A DNA stretch of 64,000 nt from Lepidodermella squamata (lineage: Eukaryota; Animalia; Gastrotricha): positions 1 through 64,000 of the forward strand of contig JBLDXI010000081.1 of NCBI GenBank assembly GCA_047495785.1. Direction: 5' to 3'. Each line of letters begins with the position of its first letter. Positions within the stretch are counted from its first letter, which is position 1. A program made the translations under genes and the position numbers. Below, one piece after another: positions 1 to 11,322 of this stretch. A model generated the notes under the pieces. It was not told the origin of the DNA, did no database searches, and worked only from the letters and a program-made list of their open reading frames with translations.

Positions 1-732
1 ACACATCTCGTGAGAGTTTGAGAAGTGGAAAAGAAAAGACTGAACTTAGGATGAGCTGGCATCTCGAAAAGCTGTTTCCTATAGTCATCGGCCTGCTGAG
101 CATACAAACCATTGTCTCATCGGAGGAAGATATCATTTAGGCATGATATTTTAACAACATTTATTTAAAAAAATGCGTGATGCGCGCGATGTCTTCTTAT
201 TCAGCCAGCGCAACTAAAACGAATAAGATAAAGCCATGAGGCGTGGCTAGCAGATGAATATCGCGAATTACGTCGGCAGTTGGCAGGAAATCATTGCCTG
301 CTAGCTTAGACTTAGCGATTAGAACTGGCATCATTACAATCAAACGAAATCGAACTGGCTCATATCCTCAGAAAATAATCGATTTCTGCGAGTTTTCTCA
401 TAACCACTCTACCGTAGTTCTACCGTATGCGATCTTATTGTGGAGATCGAAAATGCGTTGGAATGAATTATGAGCGTCTGAAAAAATGTCTCGTGTCGGA
501 CGATGAAAATTCAAACGTTCAGGACTGCGGAGGAATTGAGCGTACTTTCTGCCCCGTACCCCCAATTTATAAAAATAAAACTTAACAAATAATGAATAAA
601 TTGTTCTTTAATGGTTCTATAGAACTGCAACAATCATGACCTACATAAAGTTCTCTTTCATCTGTCGTCTGAATTTAGTTTAACCATTAGCTGTTTGCAA
701 GCCACGCATTGTTATTACCGAGTCCTTGTAAT

Positions 733-2301
733 TTATTTGTACGGGTAAGGACATTGTGCGGGGTAGTAAGTTCCGGGGATGACACATGCAATAGTTGATT
801 GAATCCAGTTTAGGTATGGCTTGATTGTAGTCATAAGAATAGGCTTTGCCTCCCCACATGCAGAACGGTAACTGTAAATCGCATGCAGAGCCAATCGCGT
901 GTAATGATCCCCTACAGTATAGAAAGCTGGGCTTCCTTCATCGCCCGTACACGGGACACTTGTGTTAGGGCTGGCAGAAGCGCAAGCCATTGTTCCAGGT
1001 GTGAATGCGTTAGGCCACTGTTCCTTGCAAGTTTCATCACTTTTGCCAGCCAGTGAAAAGTAACGAATCATCGTGTGACTTGATAGAGGTGGACGGCCGT
1101 TAACTCCCCATCCAGCCATGAAGAGAGGTGAATCATCATAGTTGAGAGGCAAGCAAATGTCGTTGACGTATAGGTTAGACATGTCAATCGGCTGAGTTAG
1201 TTCAATCAGTGCAATGTCGTTGAAAATCATTCCTCGGAAATTGGTATAGTTTGGGTGCAAGACAATATCCCTTACTGTATGTGTTTTTCGGAAATGCGGA
1301 CTAGTAAGAAGGTCATATTCGCCAACATTAAGCCAGTATTTCAGAGGATTAGCGGAACTTTTGAAACAGCTTGCTGTTGTTAACGCCCAATAATTGCCAA
1401 TGATGCTTGCAGAGCACACATGAGAGGCAGAATCTGACGTGGTACCCATCCGTAGGCTGGCTAAAAATGGAAACTGACCTTGTCGGGCGGATACCTGCGG
1501 AAGTAATGGTGTTGACGGGATACCGGGCAAACGAGGAGCGCCACATGGCGGAGCGGAGAGAAAGAAGCGGCAAGCATCGCGAATTCGCATAACTTCTTGA
1601 GCAGTGAGTTCCGCTGAATAAACACTGAAACACGATATAGCAAGATTAGAATTAAATCCGTATATCCATTTATCCCCTATTCCTCCTATATCGAAACCAG
1701 CATCGTTTTTGTTTCCAGCCAAGATATTGCCATTATTTGAAACATATGTAACAAGACCATATTCGTTATACATCTTAAAATCGCAGGTGTTATCAGAAAA
1801 CGTAATTGAAACAAAGTTCCATATGTTGGGATCAGTTGGGGCTTCGGCCCATTCTTGTAAGTCCCATATACTGTAATATACTTTGTAGGAGTGTGAAACC
1901 TTATGGCAATAACTTATTTCCACCGCGCCTTTCATGTTATTGGAGTTGGCGAATTTCACAATGTTGGAACACCAACTCGATCCGTAGCCATAGACAAAGA
2001 ATGAAATTGTGAATGCAGAAGTTAGCTTTATTCCACTGTTTCGGACACTCATAATGCCGCTAGAACTAGAAGATCGATACGACGAATGTGGATCTCCAAA
2101 TGGTCCGGCTGCGGTATTAACGTACGATCCACTTTTTGCCGTTCCATGGTATCCGTTTCCGCTGATGTCTTGCAACTTGTAATAGCCATTCAGAACCCAA
2201 AATCCAACCAAATCATCTGTCCGCGGCAGGTACTCAGACATTTGGCTGTATGAAGAATCACACGCCAGCAGTAGAGCGAATATGAATATGATATATTTCA
2301 T
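733..2301 (-). CDS. Secreted LamG/pentraxin-like + trypsin-like serine protease homologue (catalytically inactive), palindrome copy 1
   Basis: Signal peptide; LamG-like motifs (LVGFW..DISGNG, FTISFFV, WNFVSIT); S1 fold motifs with LTTASC (His lost), NDIALI, GDEGSP (Ser lost). Single 522-aa ORF. Confidence 0.85.
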   Translation of the reverse strand: MKYIIFIFALLLACDSSYSQMSEYLPRTDDLVGFWVLNGYYKLQDISGNGYHGTAKSGSYVNTAAGPFGDPHSSYRSSSSSGIMSVRNSGIKLTSAFTISFFVYGYGSSWCSNIVKFANSNNMKGAVEISYCHKVSHSYKVYYSIWDLQEWAEAPTDPNIWNFVSITFSDNTCDFKMYNEYGLVTYVSNNGNILAGNKNDAGFDIGGIGDKWIYGFNSNLAISCFSVYSAELTAQEVMRIRDACRFFLSAPPCGAPRLPGIPSTPLLPQVSARQGQFPFLASLRMGTTSDSASHVCSASIIGNYWALTTASCFKSSANPLKYWLNVGEYDLLTSPHFRKTHTVRDIVLHPNYTNFRGMIFNDIALIELTQPIDMSNLYVNDICLPLNYDDSPLFMAGWGVNGRPPLSSHTMIRYFSLAGKSDETCKEQWPNAFTPGTMACASASPNTSVPCTGDEGSPAFYTVGDHYTRLALHAIYSYRSACGEAKPILMTTIKPYLNWIQSTIACVIPGTYYPAQCPYPYK

Positions 2302-2551
2302 CTCAAAAATCTACCAATGAAACCGTTTCTCATATGTCGAGAACATTAAATACCAATGACACAGATATCGACAGTCGATAGAGCGAACAACAAACTGCTC
2401 TTATCAAATTTCGAATTTCATGAGAATGCTAAGGATATTTCCTTGGAAGTTGCTTATTACTATGCTGTAAAACCATTTATCATCAACTGATAAAAGCAAA
2501 AAAAACTATTGTTTTTCTTTGTGTGGGCTCATTTTTCCCACCATTAAAATA

Positions 2552-2733
2552 TCGCGGGGTGGGCGACAGAACGACCTGACTAAAATAGAAACAACTGGCG
2601 TAATGCATTTGATGCACAGAAAAAACTGGCGCTCAGTGTTTCCGGCACGCGACTGGCTTGGTCGAGATGCAAAAAATAGCTTTACGCCATTTGTATCTAT
2701 TTTAGTCAGGACTTTCTGTCGCCCACCCCGCGA
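2552..2733. mobile_element. MITE with long TIRs and TA target duplication
   Basis: TA-tcgcggggtgggcgacaga...tctgtcgcccaccccgcga-TA; related copy near 15020-15175. Confidence 0.8.
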
Positions 2734-3056
2734 TATGAGAAAGCAAAGACACATCGCATCCATTTTCATTTGATGGGTCGAGTTGCAAGAATACTGCGTG
2801 AGATTTGAAAATTGCTCACTGTGAACTAGAAAGATTAGAGACAGAATCGAGAGACAATCACATCACTCGACCAACTGTCATGCTGAATGTTGACCCCAAG
2901 TTTGATCAGAGTCTATACGACAACGTGTGTCCGGCAAAATAGCCAGAAAGTGAACACCATTTAACAATAGTTTTTATTTTTTATCTCTAAGCCAAATCCA
3001 TCAAATTATCTTCTCTGCTTGCTCATCACCATATCACTTGCGCGGCAACAATGTTG

Positions 3057-3272
3057 TTAGAAAACTCGCTTTCTGGCCCCCTCTTTAGCAGGGTCTGCGC
3101 GAGCGGCTTCCTCCGGCTCAGCTTCTTCTTGTCCAGCTGTGATTTGAAATTGTGTGATGCAGTCAATGTACGGCTGGGCTGACTCGGTATTGCTGGGAAT
3201 TTGGGCTATGCAACTCAACTGAGCAGCATTCAGCCCATCTGCCCCAGCTACGGCAGCAACTGCAACAGCAAC
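3057..3272 (-). pseudogene. Exon 2 of small secreted C-x16-C peptide gene, first exon absent (palindrome mirror)
   Basis: Mirror of 5032-5247; homologous to 20992-21189. Confidence 0.65.
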
Positions 3273-3318
3273 CTGTAAAATATACAATAGGTTCAGCGAT
3301 GAAGCGAAGTGGAAAGTC

Positions 3319-3455
3319 TTGAAAATATCTGCGATTGAATATTAAATTTTCTGAGGTTAGTATCAATACCACTCCGACTGCTGTCTATTAGAATGCGCGG
3401 CGTAAGCTTGCATTCTGCCTTGAAATATCTGCGATTGAATATTAAATTTTCTGAG
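3319..3455 (+). repeat. ~36-bp direct repeat pair upstream of the LINE ORF1-like gene
   Basis: ttgaa(a)atatctgcgattgaatattaaattttctgag at 3319 and 3420; mirrored at about 4849-4985. Confidence 0.9.
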
Positions 3456-3485
3456 ATTTGTTAAACATATTATTGAACCGAACAA

Positions 3486-4232
3486 ATGGCGAGCACGACT
3501 CTGCAAGCTAAACTGCTTAAAATGGCTGAAGACGAGGCAATTTGTGACTTGGTTAAGAAACTCGGATTTTCAGTGGCTTCGATGCTGAGTGACCTGATCT
3601 CCATCGAATCTGAAAGGAAAGACGAAATAATCACGGTATCCAAACAATATCAACAATTTGTTGACGAAGTCAAAGAAGATACTGCTTATGCGGCTGATAA
3701 CGTGATCGACTCTGTCAAACAAGCGTCCTATGAGATCAGGAATGGCGGATGCCTGATCACCGCCGTCCACGAGGCCCTTTCCCAACGGGACAGGGCGAAC
3801 AACATCGTCATCTCCGGACTGGAAGCGCCAGACGGTAATACCGTCATAGCCTTATCTGACCTGGTTGCAAATCTCGGCATCCTGAACTTCGACGTCAAAG
3901 AACGCATAATACGAACGAACCTGATCACGAGGGAAAACCAAGATCCTAAAATTATTGTGCAGCTGAAATATGCCTCCGACAAACGTCTGTTTCTGGAAAA
4001 AGCCCCCCAACTTCGCAAAAAAGCTGGGTGGGAGTCTGTGTTCATTAGCAAGGACCTGACCCCTGCTCAAGCTAAGATCGAGTTTGAAAAACGGGAGCAC
4101 AACAGACGCCAACGGACAGGGCGCCAGGTTCCTAAGGTGATGTCGGTTGAGGAGGCACCAGGTTTTTCTTTACCGGCGCACCAGTCGATCGTTGGCGTCT
4201 GTTGTGCTCCCGTTTTTCAAACTCGATCTTAG
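3486..4232 (+). mobile_element. LINE (L2/CR1/L1-type) ORF1p-like RNA-binding protein, copy reading through the palindrome loop
   Basis: Helical N-terminus followed by RANNIVISGL...IIVQL...K..FL..A..LR...VFISKDLT, typical of the ORF1 RRM/CTD region. Confidence 0.7.
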
Positions 4233-4818
4233 CTTGAGCAGGGGTCAGGTCCTTGCTAATGAACACAGACTCCCACCCAGCTTTTTTGCGAAGTTGGGGG
4301 GCTTTTTCCAGAAACAGACGTTTGTCGGAGGCATATTTCAGCTGCACAATAATTTTAGGATCTTGGTTTTCCCTCGTGATCAGGTTCGTTCGTATTATGC
4401 GTTCTTTGACGTCGAAGTTCAGGATGCCGAGATTTGCAACCAGGTCAGATAAGGCTATGACGGTATTACCGTCTGGCGCTTCCAGTCCGGAGATGACGAT
4501 GTTGTTCGCCCTGTCCCGTTGGGAAAGGGCCTCGTGGACGGCGGTGATCAGGCATCCGCCATTCCTGATCTCATAGGACGCTTGTTTGACAGAGTCGATC
4601 ACGTTATCAGCCGCATAAGCAGTATCTTCTTTGACTTCGTCAACAAATTGTTGATATTGTTTGGATACCGTGATTATTTCGTCTTTCCTTTCAGATTCGA
4701 TGGAGATCAGGTCACTCAGCATCGAAGCCACTGAAAATCCGAGTTTCTTAACCAAGTCACAAATTGCCTCGTCTTCAGCCATTTTAAGCAGTTTAGCTTG
4801 CAGAGTCGTGCTCGCCAT
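4132..4818 (-). mobile_element. LINE ORF1p-like protein (probable original copy, 228 aa)
   Basis: Same motifs; stop codon lies inside the 75-nt loop; no ORF2 follows. Confidence 0.7.
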
Positions 4819-5031
4819 TTGTTCGGTTCAATAATATGTTTAACAAATCTCAGAAAATTTAATATTCAATCGCAGATATTTCAAGGCAGAATGCAAGCTT
4901 ACGCCGCGCATTCTAATAGACAGCAGTCGGAGTGGTATTGATACTAACCTCAGAAAATTTAATATTCAATCGCAGATATTTTCAAGACTTTCCACTTCGC
5001 TTCATCGCTGAACCTATTGTATATTTTACAG

Positions 5032-5247
5032 GTTGCTGTTGCAGTTGCTGCCGTAGCTGGGGCAGATGGGCTGAATGCTGCTCAGTTGAGTTGCATAGCC
5101 CAAATTCCCAGCAATACCGAGTCAGCCCAGCCGTACATTGACTGCATCACACAATTTCAAATCACAGCTGGACAAGAAGAAGCTGAGCCGGAGGAAGCCG
5201 CTCGCGCAGACCCTGCTAAAGAGGGGGCCAGAAAGCGAGTTTTCTAA
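5032..5247 (+). pseudogene. Exon 2 of small secreted C-x16-C peptide gene, exon 1 displaced by the LINE-like sequence
   Basis: Acceptor ttttacag at 5031; near-identical peptide to 20992-21189; upstream homology ends near 4987. Confidence 0.65.
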
Positions 5248-5570
5248 CAACATTGTTGCCGCGCAAGTGATATGGTGATGAGCAAGCAGAGAAGATAATT
5301 TGATGGATTTGGCTTAGAGATAAAAAATAAAAACTATTGTTAAATGGTGTTCACTTTCTGGCTATTTTGCCGGACACACGTTGTCGTATAGACTCTGATC
5401 AAACTTGGGGTCAACATTCAGCATGACAGTTGGTCGAGTGATGTGATTGTCTCTCGATTCTGTCTCTAATCTTTCTAGTTCACAGTGAGCAATTTTCAAA
5501 TCTCACGCAGTATTCTTGCAACTCGACCCATCAAATGAAAATGGATGCGATGTGTCTTTGCTTTCTCATA

Positions 5571-5752
5571 TCGCGGGGTGGGCGACAGAAAGTCCTGACT
5601 AAAATAGATACAAATGGCGTAAAGCTATTTTTTGCATCTCGACCAAGCCAGTCGCGTGCCGGAAACACTGAGCGCCAGTTTTTTCTGTGCATCAAATGCA
5701 TTACGCCAGTTGTTTCTATTTTAGTCAGGTCGTTCTGTCGCCCACCCCGCGA
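5571..5752. mobile_element. MITE (palindrome mirror of 2552-2733)
   Basis: Same TIRs and TA flanks. Confidence 0.8.
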
Positions 5753-6002
5753 TATTTTAATGGTGGGAAAAATGAGCCCACACAAAGAAAAACAATAGTT
5801 TTTTTTGCTTTTATCAGTTGATGATAAATGGTTTTACAGCATAGTAATAAGCAACTTCCAAGGAAATATCCTTAGCATTCTCATGAAATTCGAAATTTGA
5901 TAAGAGCAGTTTGTTGTTCGCTCTATCGACTGTCGATATCTGTGTCATTGGTATTTAATGTTCTCGACATATGAGAAACGGTTTCATTGGTAGATTTTTG
6001 AG

Positions 6003-7571
6003 ATGAAATATATCATATTCATATTCGCTCTACTGCTGGCGTGTGATTCTTCATACAGCCAAATGTCTGAGTACCTGCCGCGGACAGATGATTTGGTTGG
6101 ATTTTGGGTTCTGAATGGCTATTACAAGTTGCAAGACATCAGCGGAAACGGATACCATGGAACGGCAAAAAGTGGATCGTACGTTAATACCGCAGCCGGA
6201 CCATTTGGAGATCCACATTCGTCGTATCGATCTTCTAGTTCTAGCGGCATTATGAGTGTCCGAAACAGTGGAATAAAGCTAACTTCTGCATTCACAATTT
6301 CATTCTTTGTCTATGGCTACGGATCGAGTTGGTGTTCCAACATTGTGAAATTCGCCAACTCCAATAACATGAAAGGCGCGGTGGAAATAAGTTATTGCCA
6401 TAAGGTTTCACACTCCTACAAAGTATATTACAGTATATGGGACTTACAAGAATGGGCCGAAGCCCCAACTGATCCCAACATATGGAACTTTGTTTCAATT
6501 ACGTTTTCTGATAACACCTGCGATTTTAAGATGTATAACGAATATGGTCTTGTTACATATGTTTCAAATAATGGCAATATCTTGGCTGGAAACAAAAACG
6601 ATGCTGGTTTCGATATAGGAGGAATAGGGGATAAATGGATATACGGATTTAATTCTAATCTTGCTATATCGTGTTTCAGTGTTTATTCAGCGGAACTCAC
6701 TGCTCAAGAAGTTATGCGAATTCGCGATGCTTGCCGCTTCTTTCTCTCCGCTCCGCCATGTGGCGCTCCTCGTTTGCCCGGTATCCCGTCAACACCATTA
6801 CTTCCGCAGGTATCCGCCCGACAAGGTCAGTTTCCATTTTTAGCCAGCCTACGGATGGGTACCACGTCAGATTCTGCCTCTCATGTGTGCTCTGCAAGCA
6901 TCATTGGCAATTATTGGGCGTTAACAACAGCAAGCTGTTTCAAAAGTTCCGCTAATCCTCTGAAATACTGGCTTAATGTTGGCGAATATGACCTTCTTAC
7001 TAGTCCGCATTTCCGAAAAACACATACAGTAAGGGATATTGTCTTGCACCCAAACTATACCAATTTCCGAGGAATGATTTTCAACGACATTGCACTGATT
7101 GAACTAACTCAGCCGATTGACATGTCTAACCTATACGTCAACGACATTTGCTTGCCTCTCAACTATGATGATTCACCTCTCTTCATGGCTGGATGGGGAG
7201 TTAACGGCCGTCCACCTCTATCAAGTCACACGATGATTCGTTACTTTTCACTGGCTGGCAAAAGTGATGAAACTTGCAAGGAACAGTGGCCTAACGCATT
7301 CACACCTGGAACAATGGCTTGCGCTTCTGCCAGCCCTAACACAAGTGTCCCGTGTACGGGCGATGAAGGAAGCCCAGCTTTCTATACTGTAGGGGATCAT
7401 TACACGCGATTGGCTCTGCATGCGATTTACAGTTACCGTTCTGCATGTGGGGAGGCAAAGCCTATTCTTATGACTACAATCAAGCCATACCTAAACTGGA
7501 TTCAATCAACTATTGCATGTGTCATCCCCGGAACTTACTACCCCGCACAATGTCCTTACCCGTACAAATAA
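6003..7571 (+). CDS. Secreted LamG/pentraxin-like + inactive trypsin-like protein, palindrome copy 2
   Basis: Identical translation to 733-2301. Confidence 0.85.
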   Translation: MKYIIFIFALLLACDSSYSQMSEYLPRTDDLVGFWVLNGYYKLQDISGNGYHGTAKSGSYVNTAAGPFGDPHSSYRSSSSSGIMSVRNSGIKLTSAFTISFFVYGYGSSWCSNIVKFANSNNMKGAVEISYCHKVSHSYKVYYSIWDLQEWAEAPTDPNIWNFVSITFSDNTCDFKMYNEYGLVTYVSNNGNILAGNKNDAGFDIGGIGDKWIYGFNSNLAISCFSVYSAELTAQEVMRIRDACRFFLSAPPCGAPRLPGIPSTPLLPQVSARQGQFPFLASLRMGTTSDSASHVCSASIIGNYWALTTASCFKSSANPLKYWLNVGEYDLLTSPHFRKTHTVRDIVLHPNYTNFRGMIFNDIALIELTQPIDMSNLYVNDICLPLNYDDSPLFMAGWGVNGRPPLSSHTMIRYFSLAGKSDETCKEQWPNAFTPGTMACASASPNTSVPCTGDEGSPAFYTVGDHYTRLALHAIYSYRSACGEAKPILMTTIKPYLNWIQSTIACVIPGTYYPAQCPYPYK

Positions 7572-8305
7572 ATTACAAGGACTCGGTAATAACAATGCGT
7601 GGCTTGCAAACAGCTAATGGTTAAACTAAATTCAGACGACAGATGAAAGAGAACTTTATGTAGGTCATGATTGTTGCAGTTCTATAGAACCATTAAAGAA
7701 CAATTTATTCATTATTTGTTAAGTTTTATTTTTATAAATTGGGGGTACGGGGCAGAAAGTACGCTCAATTCCTCCGCAGTCCTGAACGTTTGAATTTTCA
7801 TCGTCCGACACGAGACATTTTTTCAGACGCTCATAATTCATTCCAACGCATTTTCGATCTCCACAATAAGATCGCATACGGTAGAACTACGGTAGAGTGG
7901 TTATGAGAAAACTCGCAGAAATCGATTATTTTCTGAGGATATGAGCCAGTTCGATTTCGTTTGATTGTAATGATGCCAGTTCTAATCGCTAAGTCTAAGC
8001 TAGCAGGCAATGATTTCCTGCCAACTGCCGACGTAATTCGCGATATTCATCTGCTAGCCACGCCTCATGGCTTTATCTTATTCGTTTTAGTTGCGCTGGC
8101 TGAATAAGAAGACATCGCGCGCATCACGCATTTTTTTAAATAAATGTTGTTAAAATATCATGCCTAAATGATATCTTCCTCCGATGAGACAATGGTTTGT
8201 ATGCTCAGCAGGCCGATGACTATAGGAAACAGCTTTTCGAGATGCCAGCTCATCCTAAGTTCAGTCTTTTCTTTTCCACTTCTCATAAAAAACTCACTAG
8301 CTTCA

Positions 8306-8522
8306 ATGATCGCAATTCTGGTGAAACTTTCGTATTAAGATTCTCTACATTTGATCCTCCTATCATATCATACAGGTTGTTGTTGCTGCTGTAGCTCTAG
8401 CAGATCAGCTGAATGCAGCTCAGTTGAGGTGCGTAGCCCAAATTCCTATCAGTTCCGTCAAGTCGTCGCAGCCGTACACTGACTGCATCGCAAAATATCA
8501 ATCCGGCAGTGGACGAGAATAG
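8306..8522 (+). CDS. Small secreted C-x16-C peptide paralogue (exons 8306-8320, 8376-8522)
   Basis: MIAIL|VVVAAVALADQLNAAQLRCVAQIPISSVKSSQPYTDCIAKYQSGSGRE*; 55-nt GT-AG intron at the same position as the 20.9-kb copy. Confidence 0.6.
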
Positions 8523-8969
8523 GTGGGCAATTTTAGGAAAAAAATTTTAGGTATCAAACACTGATCCAGGGATCTGCGGCTAAATTTCAAAAAATAAAAA
8601 TTTACCGGAAATATCTTCTAGAAAATTACCCAGGCCTCAGAGCAGTTGCTGGTAACGGTTGTACAGTAGGTTTTCATGGGAACCTTGTTGGCGCAAATTT
8701 TGTACTAAGGGAAAGCCAACAATGTTGCAAATCTCAGTAGAAATAAGAAATACCCCAGTTTCGCAGGCTGCTTTCGTCGGGAAAACAGATTGACTCGGTG
8801 TCTGTAAGGCAAAAGTAAATCGAGGAATAATTTACTGCAATTTTAACTTACATCTGTCCCATCGCCGGGCAACTGAGCTGTACCCGGGTTGTCCACCTTG
8901 GCCTTCGAACTGGGGGGACCTTCCCCCGCGACTCGAGAGAATTAGAGCCATTTTTATTTTGCTCAACAA

Positions 8970-10022
8970 ATGCCTAATTTTCCTACAATTGCAGATGCGT
9001 CTGCTGGGAATTTCTTCACCTGCCGATCAATCGCTAGCCAATTCAACTCTTGGACCTACTTCGCATTAATATTCGACCCTTCTACTGGAAAAGTGACTGC
9101 GATGTGCGACTCGGTCAGCTTCGCGGTAGTAGTACCTGTACCGAAAACGAGTACCAGAATGAGAGTCGGCCGAAGCTTCGACAACTCCATCAGCTTCCCG
9201 GGTCAAATGTCGTGCCTATCCGTATTCAAGCAAGCCCTCTCCCTTCAACAGCTATGGATTCTTCGCAGAAGATGCCTTCAGATCCACGCTGGGCAAACGT
9301 GGCCACCAGAATCTTTGAAAATTCTGATCCCCTCACACATAGGTGTTTGGCCGCTGGTTTCTGATTTATCGGATCGCGTCGATCCTATCGCTAATGCAAC
9401 ACCCCCAAACACGGAACTAGAATTGACTCGCGGCCCGTTCTACTCGGTACGCTCGGCGCTTATCTTCGACACATCGGACCCGATTGTCGTGACTTCTGAC
9501 AAGGTCAAGCTGGAAACTGGCGACTTTACCTTTGTGTTCTTCAGCCTTGGGCAAATTACTAATCTACAATTGCCTACATTAGAATATGAACCTGCCTCCT
9601 CAGGCTCAGGGCTCAAGTTCACCGTGGCCGATTCATCTTACATGGCGACGCCATATGACGGGTTTTCCGTGGCTGCCTCTTGCCTGTCAAACATGGAATG
9701 GAATTTCGTCACTACGACTTACAACTCGAATACCAGTAAAATGGCTGTTCTGTGCGACTGGAAGGGCAATCAGGGTGCGCAACTTTCATCGCGACCAATC
9801 ACTCGGACCGGTAAATTCATTCTAGGACGGTAAGCTTGACCTAATTCTACTCAAATCTCGGCTCAAATTTAAATTTAATTTATTAGGACTTGGGCTGATT
9901 ACGGCGATACGCTGCAAGGAAGTTTTGCGTGCCTCAACATTTTCACTGAAACGCTGACCCTCAACCAACAGCGTATCGTCGAAATCAACTGCGCATCTTT
10001 CTACATACCTGCCCTGTTTTGA
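8970..10022 (+). CDS. Tandem LamG/concanavalin-A-like domain protein (3' exons; 5' part not identified)
   Basis: WTYFALIFD, MRVGRS...FPGQMSCLSVFKQALS, WNFVTTTYN, FILGR|intron|..GSFACLNIFTETLT; stop at 10020-10022. Confidence 0.65.
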
Positions 10023-10362
10023 AACCCTGCTGTTATAGCGATCGCTGGATTACTGCTCAATAATTTGTGACTTGTATTCTTTCGGCTGGCCATAATCGAA
10101 AACATGTCAACAATTCAGATATATGAAGTATTGTCAATTACTTTTTGATTTCAAAATTAGGCAGTTGAGCTTAATAAATCACTTCTTGAGGAATTAACTT
10201 TGATGACCTGCGTTTGCATACAAGTTTGATGACAGTCGTTGAAATTTTGAAAATCTTTCCACTTTAACACCTAGCATCAACAGGTTTTCAAGATTTGTAA
10301 AGTGTGCGAAACAGAATCCTCGGGCTAGGTCGTACTTTCGGGTTTTTTCGGCATGAAACTTT

Positions 10363-11322
10363 GCTCAATTCCGGGCCCATCGTAGTTCCGTCCGGCGCGC
10401 GCGCGTCGGTTGCGCAATTGGAGGGTAAAAGTGGACTTAACGCAAAACGCTAAGTCGAAGTTTTCATCAAATCCAGAGCCGCGCGCGCTAATGTCAAAAG
10501 ACTAGTTTAGATTTTTTGGGCGGTTTTTACACCAAAATGAAGAGGAGGCAATTCTCTATCAAATGATATATGCTTCTATCGTGATAAAATTAAAGGAAAT
10601 AATTTTTACGTGTATCTCAAGTTTTGAGAAGCGAGTGTGCGCGCTCTCAACTGGCGCGCTAAATCTAAGGTGCGCGTAAAACTTTTTTAGTTTAATTTTT
10701 TCGCGCGAGAACCCCATATTCAATCGATAGAGAATTGCCTGAATTATTTTTTGGTAAAAATACCGACGTGAAATTTGAAAGTAACCCTTTAGCATCTTCG
10801 CGCGCGGTAAAAAATTTGTTAAAAATAAGAACTTGGCTCACGCGCATCAGTATCATTGATTTTTAACATATTTAATACCGCGTGCGCTGATGTCAAAGGG
10901 CTACTTTTGAATATCTCGGCGGTTTTTATACCAAAAAATAATTCAGGCAATTCTCTATCGATTGAATATGGGGTTCTCGCGCGAAAAAATTAAACTAAAA
11001 AAGTTTTACGCGCACCTTAAATTTAGTGCGCCAGTTTATGAGCGCGCGCACTCGCTTCTCAAAAGTAAAGACGCGCGAAAACCTTCTATATTTTAGTTTT
11101 TCGCGCGAGAAACCATTTTCAATCGATAGAAAATTATTTGAATTATTTTTCGGTATAAAAACCGCCGAGATATTCAAAAGTAGCCCTTTGACATCAGCGC
11201 ACGCGACGTTAAAATTCATGAATATTTCGACTTAGCGTTTTGCGTTAAGTCCACTTTTACCCTCCAATTGCGCAACCGACGTGCGCGCGCCGGACGGAAC
11301 TACGATGGGCCCGGAATTGAGC
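10363..11322. mobile_element. Non-autonomous Mutator/foldback-like element
   Basis: ~97-bp near-perfect TIRs (gctcaattccgggcccatcg...), 9-bp TSD tgaaacttt at 10354-10362 and 11323-11331, internal inverted modules. Confidence 0.92.

Larger units (their letters stand above)
19..8285. repeat. Giant palindrome / inverted duplication, arms 19-4114 and 4190-8285, 75-nt spacer
   Basis: ORFs lying within the arms have identical mirror ORFs whose coordinates sum to 8304 (e.g. 733/7571, 3057/5247). Complementarity read by eye stops at 19/8285 and 4114/4190. Confidence 0.98.

Noticed and set aside
2506-2773. Overlapping 84-87 aa ORFs on both strands, also at 5531-5798 and 10559-11235
   Set aside because: Chance frames within inverted-repeat MITEs.
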